From: a virus | Taxonomy: Duplodnaviria; Caudoviricetes | Direction: 5' to 3' (one strand) | Length of the DNA: 38,259 bases | Virus record (IMG/VR): IMGVR_UViG_3300029317_000038 | Location: 1-38,259 of that record | Shown here: piece after piece, positions 8,272 through 17,188 of the stretch | Numbering within the stretch: the stretch's first letter is position 1 | Layout of the letters: the number at the start of each line of letters is the position of its first letter | The notes under the pieces: model-generated | The model's input: only the letters and a program-made list of their open reading frames with translations | Told to the model about the DNA's origin: nothing | Databases searched by the model: none | Translations under genes and position numbers: made by a program

Positions 8272-10358
8272 CGGCCTACTCGTTGCACTTGGTATGTTTG
8301 CTCAATCACATCAGCCGCTGGGCCACCCTGTCGGATATTGGCAACAAAGGCTTCGATCATGCGCTCGCCATCTGGGCCGGTGCCTTCCTGCACTTGACCG
8401 GCACGGCTGGCGTCTTCAATCACGTACACACTTACCGGCGCGGCAGATGATTTACCGGCATTAAATTCCGATGCCATTTTTTGCACTTCGGCATTTTGCT
8501 TAGGCGATAAAACACCCTCGCCTTTTTGCAATAGGTAGGTGCTTTCTTCTGGGATATAACCCATGCCGCCGTGGGCCACACCTGCGATGGTTTGGCCAGC
8601 CACAACACCAATGGAGGCGTAACCCATACCCTTTACGATCATCGACATAGTGCCGCTTGGGTCCATGGCCAATGTCTTGGTGGCCGCTTCTTCGGTACTG
8701 GCGATCATGCCGGGAATGGTGGCCGCTTTTTGTGCCAAAAACATCGTTTTATACAGCGCGCTTTTCTTTTTGCCTGCCCCTTCCAGTGCAACCAAAAACT
8801 GGTCGGTTGAAGTGGCAATGGCACTGTAAGCAGCCTTTTGAGCCTTGGCCTCGTTGGCGGCGCGCTTTTTGGATTCTTTATCCTGAATATCGGTGAGTTT
8901 TTGGTGATGAGCCTGCCAATTGTTCTGGGTCAACTCATTCCAGCGATCTTCATTTAACAGCTCAGCCTCATGCGCCATATCGAGCTGTTCTTGCCTAGTC
9001 TCGGCATTAATAGCCTCAAGCTCTTGCTTGGTGGCCATGGCGCGCATGTAGGCAGCCAGTCCAGCCTGGGCCTTAGACTCTTCGGCGGCGCTTATGGTTT
9101 TTTCACCATCACCAGCAGCCTGGTCCGGTTTCTTGGCGCGGTTGAACTCAGTCTGCAGGGCAATTAAATCGGTGAGCTGCTGCTTCTGTGCCGCCAACTC
9201 AGGATCGCCAGCGGCTTTCTTACGCCCAGCTTGACCACGGCGACGGCCTGTTTTGGGTTTACTGGCTGAATTTTCTAACGACTCAATATTGTCCCGGGTA
9301 CGCTCAATCATCTGATTAAGCGCGTCCATATCACCCTCTTGGGCCTTGGCCAATAAAAGCTCTTGGCGCAATGCCGCGAGGCGACCGGCTATACCTGCTT
9401 TAACCGATTTCTTATTGCGACCAACCACTACGGTGTTTTCAAGCTCTTCAATCTTAGCGGCAAGGCTGTCCACGGTTGGCTCGATAATATCGGCCAAATC
9501 TTTAAACGAGGCGGCCAGACCATCAATCCAGCCTTTCACTGTGCCCACTGAACCGCTTGATGCTGCCCACTTGCGTTCTAGTTCATCCCAACGCTGGCCA
9601 AGCGTGTCGATGCTGCCTGTTAACCCACCGGCTTGAGCTGACCCTGAGCCACCCAATTGATCGGCTAGTTTCTCTAAGATGAAACGCTGGGCCTCGGCAC
9701 GTTGGCCGGTGGCATCCATTTGCTTCACCATGGCTTTTTCAGATTCGGTAAATGTTATCCCGCTCTTACTTAGCTTTGTGAGCCCGGCAGTTGGATTCTC
9801 CAATGCCTTACCAAGCTGCAAAGCAGCCGCCTTGGCTGTTCCGCCCAATACCGCCGCCATATCTTGTGACAAGGATATTGCTTCGAGAAAGGTTTCACGC
9901 TGCACTTCTTTAAATGTAAGCAGTACGCCCTGCGCTTCCTGTATTTCACTCACCGAGGCCAGGGTGGCCAATGCCACTGCATCGGCGTTTTTAGCTAATT
10001 CTTGCGCACTTAAACCTGCCGCATATCCGGTTGCTTTTAGCAGGGCCTGAGTCTTTAACTGGTGGACCTCATAATCGGCAAATTCTTTCACGCTCGATGC
10101 CACCGCCAAACCAGAGGCGGCGAACGCAGCACCCACTAAGGCGATCTTGCCAGCGGTGCCGGTAGCCAAGCTGCTTAATGCAGTAAAACGACCGGTGACA
10201 CCGTTTAACGGCCCATTAATGGCCGTTAATCCCTTGCTGACACCCAAGGCCGAATTACTAAAGTGCTTGTTGTTGGCCGCTGACTTTTTAATGGCCTGAT
10301 CATAACTGCTGTTTTGACCCTTAAGGCGCATCGTAAAATCATAAACACTAGCTGCCAC
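8268..10358 (-). CDS. Tape measure protein
   Basis: 696 aa Ala-rich helical protein; AALQLGKALENP and AHGG..IP motifs; follows tail chaperones. Confidence 0.92.
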   Translation of the reverse strand: MAASVYDFTMRLKGQNSSYDQAIKKSAANNKHFSNSALGVSKGLTAINGPLNGVTGRFTALSSLATGTAGKIALVGAAFAASGLAVASSVKEFADYEVHQLKTQALLKATGYAAGLSAQELAKNADAVALATLASVSEIQEAQGVLLTFKEVQRETFLEAISLSQDMAAVLGGTAKAAALQLGKALENPTAGLTKLSKSGITFTESEKAMVKQMDATGQRAEAQRFILEKLADQLGGSGSAQAGGLTGSIDTLGQRWDELERKWAASSGSVGTVKGWIDGLAASFKDLADIIEPTVDSLAAKIEELENTVVVGRNKKSVKAGIAGRLAALRQELLLAKAQEGDMDALNQMIERTRDNIESLENSASKPKTGRRRGQAGRKKAAGDPELAAQKQQLTDLIALQTEFNRAKKPDQAAGDGEKTISAAEESKAQAGLAAYMRAMATKQELEAINAETRQEQLDMAHEAELLNEDRWNELTQNNWQAHHQKLTDIQDKESKKRAANEAKAQKAAYSAIATSTDQFLVALEGAGKKKSALYKTMFLAQKAATIPGMIASTEEAATKTLAMDPSGTMSMIVKGMGYASIGVVAGQTIAGVAHGGMGYIPEESTYLLQKGEGVLSPKQNAEVQKMASEFNAGKSSAAPVSVYVIEDASRAGQVQEGTGPDGERMIEAFVANIRQGGPAADVIEQTYQVQRVGR

Positions 10359-10680
10359 TGAAAACTCCTTCGATTGCGCTCATCAGTTCATCAACAGATT
10401 GAGACTCTGACTTGGCTTTAAAATACGTGACAAAAAAGTCGGCGGGGGTGAACGGTTTGGTTTTTGAATCTCGATTGATATTGGCCAGAACTGCACAAAT
10501 ATTACCAAAGCGAAGCTCTTCAACTTCGGCGCCAAAAGGCTCTACCTGGTAATAATATTCCCACTCCAACATTTGCAAACCGGTTAGGCTGGCCAGCATC
10601 TTGTCGATGTTGACCTTGCCAAGCTTGGTTCCCAGGCGCAGGGCAAATAATCGCGCGCTCTGGCCGGTTAGGGGTTTGGG
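10348..10680 (-). CDS. Tail assembly chaperone gpT part (expressed as a G-T fusion via -1 frameshift)
   Basis: The -1 frame is open from the slippery site: PKPLTGQSARLFALRLGTKLGKVNIDKMLASLTGLQMLEWEYYY..EPFG. Confidence 0.8.
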   Translation of the reverse strand, partial: PKPLTGQSARLFALRLGTKLGKVNIDKMLASLTGLQMLEWEYYYQVEPFGAEVEELRFGNICAVLANINRDSKTKPFTPADFFVTYFKAKSESQSVDELMSAIEGVFSGS

Positions 10681-11189
10681 CTGACTTTCTCGTTATCTTC
10701 GGGCCAGTCCAGGCCGTCATCTTCTTCCGTTTCGGCGGTGACCAAATTAAGCTCTGGTGGCTTTTCAGGTTTGGCATCTGTTGACGGGGTTAGATACTCC
10801 AGCCCAGACAGCCTACAGGCTGCAATAAATGCGTTTTGCAGCAGCTCTTCCGGGTAGCGCGATAATTTATCCAGGTGCTTAGGGTTGCCAGGGTCAAACA
10901 AAATATAACCCAGGGGACTTCGGGCACAGGTGGCAATGATCTGCATCTGGTTGTGCATGAATTGGAATGAGCGCTCGGGCGAGGCATCTTGTTTAAGAAT
11001 CTCATTGGCCACATCGATCAAGTGGGTACGCTGCAAGGCATTCATACCGGTAATGACCCACGGGCCCACCCGCTCATGGCTGGCGTATTTCATTAAGCGA
11101 TCGGTACCCATTAGAGTACCAAAGCCCAACAAGGTAGGAATGGCATGCACTGCCACCCTAACCAAAGCGCCTAAGAAGGCAGCGATCAT
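10668..11189 (-). CDS. Tail assembly chaperone (gpG-like)
   Basis: Between tail tube and tape measure; ends at a slippery heptamer. Confidence 0.75.
   Translation of the reverse strand: MIAAFLGALVRVAVHAIPTLLGFGTLMGTDRLMKYASHERVGPWVITGMNALQRTHLIDVANEILKQDASPERSFQFMHNQMQIIATCARSPLGYILFDPGNPKHLDKLSRYPEELLQNAFIAACRLSGLEYLTPSTDAKPEKPPELNLVTAETEEDDGLDWPEDNEKVSPNP
10674..10680 (-). other. Programmed -1 ribosomal frameshift site C CCA AAC
   Basis: XXXYYYZ heptamer in the correct phase, one codon before the gpG-like stop. Confidence 0.8.
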
Positions 11190-11620
11190 GTAACGACACC
11201 GATATCAGGCTTGCCGGTGATTTTAAGAGTAAAAGTACGCTCTTTAATGCCGCCTTTTTCGGTGGCGTATTCCACGCTGGTCACCAACACATCCAGGATA
11301 AAACGCTTGTTGTAGGCAACAGGAAACAAGATTTTAATCTGCTCTTGCGTGCTATCCATAAGCGCGGTTTCCAGGGCATCGGCTTGTACATTGCCCGCAA
11401 AGTAACGAATGCCCAGGGTGACTTCACCGGCATCCTTCATGGCGTATTCAAATTCGCTCCAGTCAAATGCATCATCGGCATATTGGGTGGAATCCACCAC
11501 CTCGGCGGTGAGTTTCAAGCCATTAAACGCTACTAGGCGCCCAATTTTCTCGAACTTGTCTGGTTCAGCACTGGCTTCATCGTATAAAGAAACGCCAATC
11601 TGGTGGCCTAACTTTGACAT
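11186..11620 (-). CDS. Major tail tube protein
   Basis: EVVDST, KDAGEVTL, FTLKITGKP motifs; position. Confidence 0.82.
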   Translation of the reverse strand: MSKLGHQIGVSLYDEASAEPDKFEKIGRLVAFNGLKLTAEVVDSTQYADDAFDWSEFEYAMKDAGEVTLGIRYFAGNVQADALETALMDSTQEQIKILFPVAYNKRFILDVLVTSVEYATEKGGIKERTFTLKITGKPDIGVVT

Positions 11621-11623
11621 GGT

Positions 11624-12019
11624 TTAATCCTCGTCTTCATAAGTGACGGCATAAGATAATGCCAAGGTGGTTATTAGGGATTCGGGTTGTGGGTCATACG
11701 CAAAACCGGCTCGCTTGATGCCCTCAACCAAATTATTCAAGGTTTCATCGAGATCAAACTCGTCATTGATCTTTTTGGCCAGCAGGTCCAGGGCCGCTTC
11801 ACGGTTGTCGGTACCGCGGTAAACCAGCTCTATGGTCAAGGCACCATCTGTGATCGCGCCCTTGTCGAAGTCTTCTTCGCTATCACCGGCCTCGATCGTT
11901 ACAAAGGCGCAAGGCAAGTCTTTCACTTTTACGCCTTCCTCACGGTAGGCATAGGTCTTGGTAAAAAACGGCTTAATCAGTAACGCGACCGCATCGCGTA
12001 TTTCGGTACGGGTGGCCAT
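11624..12019 (-). CDS. Tail terminator (gpU-like)
   Basis: RTEIRDAV N-terminus, LPCAFV, C-terminal YAVTY; position. Confidence 0.75.
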   Translation of the reverse strand: MATRTEIRDAVALLIKPFFTKTYAYREEGVKVKDLPCAFVTIEAGDSEEDFDKGAITDGALTIELVYRGTDNREAALDLLAKKINDEFDLDETLNNLVEGIKRAGFAYDPQPESLITTLALSYAVTYEDED

Positions 12020-12020
12020 G

Positions 12021-12605
12021 TTATTTACCTAAATTCTTTAAAACTTTTTGTTTGTATTCACGCAGCAGGTTAATGCGCATGTTGTTGCGCATGGCGCGAT
12101 GGGTGGCCAGCTTGGTTTGGGGTTCCAATACCCGCTCAACATTCACCCCTTGGGCTTTTAACGGGTAGGCCTCTTTACCTTCACGCAAGAATACCTGGGC
12201 ATTACCCACCAGGTGTTTGCTTGGGGTTTTACGGCCCTTACGCTTTTGCTTGGGGTTGTTCGTGGCGGTGGCAATGAATGCACCTGGTAATAAATATTTA
12301 CCCGCAGCCACGCCTCCAGGCACCTCTTTAGCTTTTAATTTAATTAACGATATCGGTGCCAAACCACCCCAGATACGAGCGGTCATATTTTTAACTTTTG
12401 CGCCACGTACCTTGATACGGGGGCGCAAAAGCTTTTGAGAAATTGATAATTTTGCGGCAGATTTACGCAGCGCGATGGGCTTCACTTCACGGGCGGTGGC
12501 GGTTAATGCCTTGGCCTGGGCATGGCGTACGCCTTTGCTATCAAGCTGCTTGAATACATTATCCAGCTGCTGTTCAAGCTGTTTGGCAGTGCCGGTAAAA
12601 CTCAT
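12021..12605 (-). CDS. Tail completion protein (gpZ-like)
   Basis: Basic 194-aa protein with GAFIA and VFLREGK..YPL motifs. Confidence 0.78.
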   Translation of the reverse strand: MSFTGTAKQLEQQLDNVFKQLDSKGVRHAQAKALTATAREVKPIALRKSAAKLSISQKLLRPRIKVRGAKVKNMTARIWGGLAPISLIKLKAKEVPGGVAAGKYLLPGAFIATATNNPKQKRKGRKTPSKHLVGNAQVFLREGKEAYPLKAQGVNVERVLEPQTKLATHRAMRNNMRINLLREYKQKVLKNLGK

Positions 12606-12913
12606 AATATCTGGCCGATATATATGCGCAAGGCACCCAATAGAGCCACCTGTACACTGATCACGATGGAAATTTCAACCGCGCCATCGGCATCCAACAA
12701 ATCCACCTGGTCACCATTATTTAATTCTTGGCTGTGATGAATTGAGATATCGAATTGATCGGCTTTAATCTTGCCGCCGGCTGGTTGGTCCAGTGACGGT
12801 TTGGCGATACAGCGATCGATGCTTGATTCGCTACCGTCTTTGGGCGAAACAACACAACCCTGGCCCTGAAGGGCCAGAACTGTATTGGCTGCCAATTCGG
12901 CATGAGGGTTCAC
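12602..12913 (-). CDS. Head-tail joining protein (gpFII-like, by position)
   Basis: 103 aa, between capsid cement and gpZ-like genes. Confidence 0.55.
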   Translation of the reverse strand: MNPHAELAANTVLALQGQGCVVSPKDGSESSIDRCIAKPSLDQPAGGKIKADQFDISIHHSQELNNGDQVDLLDADGAVEISIVISVQVALLGALRIYIGQIL

Positions 12914-12916
12914 CGC

Positions 12917-13243
12917 TTACGCGCCAGACTGCAGGCGAACTTTAACGGTGGCCGATGGGTTGGTCACTGCTTCCACAACATGGCCAATCATTGCACCTGA
13001 AGCCGTGGCATTCACACCGCCTGAACCGTTGGAATACACCACTGCGCCCTGGGCCAATGCCAAGGCAGAGGTTTTGGGCACTTCATAAACGCCTTCGGTA
13101 TCCAGCTGGTAAGTTTCGCCAGTCTCGGCAGAGTTAAGGGCAACACCCACCAACTTGCCTACTTCTTTCAACTCGCCAGAAACAACGGCACCGGCTGCGA
13201 CTACGGCAATGATCTTGCCGTCTTGAATTTTATTTGTAGCCAT
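12917..13243 (-). CDS. Capsid cement/decoration protein (DUF2190-like)
   Basis: MATNKIQDG, LVGVAL, EGVYEVPK, VKVRL motifs; GGAG RBS before ATG 13243. Confidence 0.82.
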   Translation of the reverse strand: MATNKIQDGKIIAVVAAGAVVSGELKEVGKLVGVALNSAETGETYQLDTEGVYEVPKTSALALAQGAVVYSNGSGGVNATASGAMIGHVVEAVTNPSATVKVRLQSGA

Positions 13244-13282
13244 TTTTTTCTCCAAAAAGAATAAGGCATAAATTTGGGACAT

Positions 13283-13336
13283 AAAAAAACCTCCGTAATG
13301 GAGGTTTTCTTAATAAACCTCCGTGGTGGAGGTTTT
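13283..13336 (-). terminator. Two tandem near-identical terminator hairpins after the capsid gene
   Basis: AAACCTCC-GTAAT-GGAGGTTT and AAACCTCC-GTGGT-GGAGGTTT. Confidence 0.8.
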
Positions 13337-13360
13337 ATTTAACGGGTTAGGCTTGCGCTG

Positions 13361-15496
13361 TTAAGCGCCTGCGTGTTTAACCAAACCACGGTAATCAGCA
13401 ACACTGGCCGCGAAGTCATGGCGAACTTTAAGATCAAGTCCATCCGACTTGAAGTCGACCTGGGAATCAATGTAGACACCCTCTTCGCCTTCCAAGTAAC
13501 CGTAAATCAAACCGTCTACCAGGTTAGGATCACCGATACCGTAACTGGCCACAGACGAAGCACTATCCAGCTCGGCTTCGGCAATAATGTTTAAGCCCGT
13601 GAACGGATTCACGTTGCCGGCAGATGCTGCCACGATGCTGGCTACAATCTTCTGCGCATCGGTTTCAAGCGCTGCCGGTACCACCACAGTGCCCAGCGGG
13701 GTGTTGAGTGCATAACCGTCTTCGCCTTTGGCCGCGAAGGACTTCTGCAAACGCAACAGCTTGCGCATCTGGCTAAGCAAGGCCACATCAAACGAGGCCG
13801 CGCCGGTGATTAGGTTGTTGTGACTGGCGTGGAACAAAGCCACATCGTCTTCGCCCATTTTTGAATTGTCAGTTAACAACCCATAAACCATGCGGTTTTC
13901 GTTTAATGCACCCTGCGCACCCATCATCATGGGCAGGCGAGAGAAGGCATCCATATCATCGTTAATGATCATCTCGCGAGAGATGCGAATGATGCGACCC
14001 TTGGTCTGCAAAGTGATGGTCTCTTTGCTGTCCTTTAAGTGGCCCAGCTGGTATTCACCATTTTGGCCTTTATCAAGCAGTCCAGGGGAATCACTCATGC
14101 GAGTAATATTCTGGGTATTGAAGTTGCGCATGTTACGGCGCGATGCAATCTGGGTGAATGAACGCTGGCGAGCTTGATAGCCGCGAGCCAATTCATTGTT
14201 GGCCACATCAGCAAAGATGTTAGGCAGGTCAGACGTTGAATGTAATACCGCCGCCGCTATTTGATGCGGGGCCATGCCAGCAGTGGACACACTGTTATGC
14301 ATGAGAATTTGACGCGACACATCGATCAAACTCATGTGCGCAAATTCGTTGTTGCCTTCAATGGCGTTTGCACCTGGGGCACAGCGGTGCAAGATTGCAG
14401 CCTGCACATCGGCAGACATTTGCGATCGGCCATCGTTGGTGACAACGGCGGCACGGCCTGCAGGAATATTATCTTTATCCGTCTGCTCGTTTAACTTGAG
14501 CGTGGCGGTGCGGGCCGCTTCGATGGTGATGCCATCTTTAATCCAGGCTTCCATCACGGCGCCATCAACTTTGTGCATCGTTGCCAGGGTACGCAGTTCG
14601 GTTTGGCGACCACGCTCGGCGGTGATGCCGGCTTCGTGCATGGCGGCTTCGGCGGCTGGATCGGCTACTAGGTTGTCACCTGCGGCTGGAGTAGCTGCTG
14701 GGGTGGCCGAATGCTGGCCTGCTGACATATGTGCTGTCTTCACGGGTATTTCCTCTAGGGGTTCTTCGGTTGATGCCGCAGGCGCGGCGGTTATGGGTAA
14801 TTGCATTAGGGCAAAAACGCCCTGGGGTAATTCTTTTTCGCCAAATTCCATGTGGTGATTAACGGCTTCCACTGGATCTAAAATGGTATGAATGAGTCCA
14901 TGCTCAAGGCACTGCTCGGCATTCAGCCAAGTGTTATTGGCCATTAGTGCCAGAGATTCTTCATTGCTTAAGTTTGAATGCTCAGAATAAATCGAGGCCG
15001 CTTGCGAACTAAACATGTCCAACGTATCAGCCGCTGATTTTAAATCCTCGGCATTTCCACGCACTTCATTCTGAGCCATATGGAAAAACTGGAATGCATT
15101 GCGCGGCATGCGGATTTCATCACCGGCCAAGGCGATCACGGTGGCAATGGATAACGCCATGCCGTCAATAGTCACCACCACCCGGCGCGAGCTCAGCTTT
15201 AATGCGTTATAGATGGCAAGGCCTTCTAATATGTTGCCGCCTTCGCTATAGATTCGCACATGCAAATCACCGCTAGGATTAGCGTGCTCTAATTGCTGTA
15301 CAACGCTTAACGCATCGTTGCCTTCCCACCAGTCACCAATTACCCCATACAGCATGAGCTCGCCGTTGGAGTTGATGTAGTTAGTAGCACCTTTACCCAC
15401 GTCCATGGGGGAGGTGGCCGACATAACCGCGCTGTTGGCGCTATTGCTTAGTAGCGCTGTCATCATCGCCGCTGTTAACAGACTCTTTTTCATCAT
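13361..15496 (-). CDS. ClpP-like prohead protease-major capsid protein fusion
   Basis: IYSEGGNILEGLAIYNAL, DGMALSIATVI, TWLNAEQCLEHGL (ClpP) followed by HSTSDLP, ISREMIINDD (capsid); start position uncertain. Confidence 0.92.
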   Translation of the reverse strand: MMKKSLLTAAMMTALLSNSANSAVMSATSPMDVGKGATNYINSNGELMLYGVIGDWWEGNDALSVVQQLEHANPSGDLHVRIYSEGGNILEGLAIYNALKLSSRRVVVTIDGMALSIATVIALAGDEIRMPRNAFQFFHMAQNEVRGNAEDLKSAADTLDMFSSQAASIYSEHSNLSNEESLALMANNTWLNAEQCLEHGLIHTILDPVEAVNHHMEFGEKELPQGVFALMQLPITAAPAASTEEPLEEIPVKTAHMSAGQHSATPAATPAAGDNLVADPAAEAAMHEAGITAERGRQTELRTLATMHKVDGAVMEAWIKDGITIEAARTATLKLNEQTDKDNIPAGRAAVVTNDGRSQMSADVQAAILHRCAPGANAIEGNNEFAHMSLIDVSRQILMHNSVSTAGMAPHQIAAAVLHSTSDLPNIFADVANNELARGYQARQRSFTQIASRRNMRNFNTQNITRMSDSPGLLDKGQNGEYQLGHLKDSKETITLQTKGRIIRISREMIINDDMDAFSRLPMMMGAQGALNENRMVYGLLTDNSKMGEDDVALFHASHNNLITGAASFDVALLSQMRKLLRLQKSFAAKGEDGYALNTPLGTVVVPAALETDAQKIVASIVAASAGNVNPFTGLNIIAEAELDSASSVASYGIGDPNLVDGLIYGYLEGEEGVYIDSQVDFKSDGLDLKVRHDFAASVADYRGLVKHAGA

Positions 15497-16988
15497 CTTC
15501 GTTTTCCGGTACTGGGTTATTGTTACCAGCACCAGATACTCGGCGCGGGTCGGTGTCTAAAGTTAATTCGCATTCGTCCAACCAGTCATTCCACTGCTTG
15601 TACTGTTCAAGAATTAACTCTGGGTTATCGCCCTGCTCGATCAAGGCACGCTGCATGGGTTTCAAACCGGCGCGTACCGCTTTAATTAATGGTGGAATCT
15701 CTTTGGCTGGGTCAAACATTTCGCGGCGCGGTGGTATCCACTGGCAGCTCATGTTGCGCATGGGCACGCCTTCCAGGTCCAACGCTTCCTGCAGCCAGCC
15801 CCAAACCTTATTGAGCATCTGCGGAATAATGATGCGTGATCGATCGTTTGAATTTTTACGGTGCATGCCCAGCCAGCCCATGCGGCCCGAGGTGAAATTC
15901 ACCTGACTGTAATCGCCGGTTAAGGCCTCATAAGTAATACCAAACACGGCGGCAATGGAGTGCAGTTCCTGACTAACAAAACTATCCTGCCCAGATACAT
16001 TGGGCGGCTGGTTAAATTCGAGTTTTTCGTTTTGGTTTAAGCGCAGTAACATACCTGGAGTCATGCGGGCCGGTATTGGGTCGCCGTCCACCGATTTAGT
16101 GCCAAGCCCTCCCATTTGCGTAACCGAGCCCACCATGCAGGCGGCGATTTTCATCAGCGCAAGGCGCGCATCCTGAAAGTCATCCAGATTTTTAATTTTG
16201 CTAAAAGTGGATAAACCCACCGGTAGGCCACGAAACTGACCAGGGCGTTTACAATCAAACAGGTGAATAATATTTGCGGCATCATGACGCTTGGATTTAA
16301 GCGTAAACTTTTTAAAGAAGCCCGCATTACCAGGATGTTGATCAAATAACCAATAAGCCACAGGCCGATCGCTGTCATCAAACTCAACGCCGTTAATAAT
16401 ACTGTTGTCATTGTCTGGGTTAATGCTGGTTTTGTTGTGATCAAGATAATCCCCTTCCAACATTTTAAGCTGCAAATGAATGCCACTTTCAGGCTCAAGC
16501 GTGCGCTGGCGAACAATTAATACCTCGCCCCGCACACAAGTGGTTCTCCAAGCTAAAAACTGGGTACCAAACAAGTTATGTACGCCATACACATCGGCGT
16601 TTGCACTGTTCACCCAGGCATCAATACGGCCCTGGGCATCGGTGATGCGTTTCTTTTGGCGTTTGCTTTTGTCTTTAGTACGCAGCTGGGGGCGGATGCC
16701 TTCGCCTATGGTGTGGTGCACTTTGGCATCGATGGCCGCTTCATAAATAGGGTTATTGCGTTCCAAGTCACTGGCATTTTTTCGAGCGACTACCAAGCTG
16801 GCACTGGTCACCGCCATGGCACTGCCATCGCCGTTTACCTTAAAACCACGGCGACCGTTGCCGGTGGCGTCATAGTGATTACTGGCGTTTTGCATCTTCT
16901 TTAACGATGACAACGACTGTAGATTAAGGGCACGACTTAAACCCAGTTTTGGGCTAATGGCACTAATGAAACTTTCAAGAATATTCAT
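15441..16988 (-). CDS. Portal protein, lambda family
   Basis: NGVEFD..RPVAYW, RPGQFRGLP, GITYEALTGDYSQVNFTSGR. Confidence 0.95.
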   Translation of the reverse strand: MNILESFISAISPKLGLSRALNLQSLSSLKKMQNASNHYDATGNGRRGFKVNGDGSAMAVTSASLVVARKNASDLERNNPIYEAAIDAKVHHTIGEGIRPQLRTKDKSKRQKKRITDAQGRIDAWVNSANADVYGVHNLFGTQFLAWRTTCVRGEVLIVRQRTLEPESGIHLQLKMLEGDYLDHNKTSINPDNDNSIINGVEFDDSDRPVAYWLFDQHPGNAGFFKKFTLKSKRHDAANIIHLFDCKRPGQFRGLPVGLSTFSKIKNLDDFQDARLALMKIAACMVGSVTQMGGLGTKSVDGDPIPARMTPGMLLRLNQNEKLEFNQPPNVSGQDSFVSQELHSIAAVFGITYEALTGDYSQVNFTSGRMGWLGMHRKNSNDRSRIIIPQMLNKVWGWLQEALDLEGVPMRNMSCQWIPPRREMFDPAKEIPPLIKAVRAGLKPMQRALIEQGDNPELILEQYKQWNDWLDECELTLDTDPRRVSGAGNNNPVPENEDDEKESVNSGDDDSATKQ

Positions 16989-17188
16989 TAGCGGTACCCT
17001 TTATCAAATGTCGGCGCATAGTGCTGACGCTCGACCACGGGCGCACCTAATTCGGCTTTCAACTCATCACGAATGTCGCGCATCTCGGCGAGGTTTCGAT
17101 ACTTACTGACCACGCCGTCATAGGCTACTTCGGTCACACCGGATGCTATTGCCGCGTTAATGGCGTCTAATTGTGCTTGGTTGGCCAT
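16988..17188 (-). CDS. Head completion protein (gpW-like)
   Basis: AIASGVTEVAYDG..YRNLAEM; between terminase and portal. Confidence 0.85.
   Translation of the reverse strand: MANQAQLDAINAAIASGVTEVAYDGVVSKYRNLAEMRDIRDELKAELGAPVVERQHYAPTFDKGYR

Noticed and set aside
15430-15496. Signal-peptide-like N-terminus of the protease-capsid fusion (MKKSLLTAAMMTALLS)
   Set aside because: It overlaps the acidic 3' end of the portal gene in another frame and the start is uncertain; export of a capsid precursor is implausible
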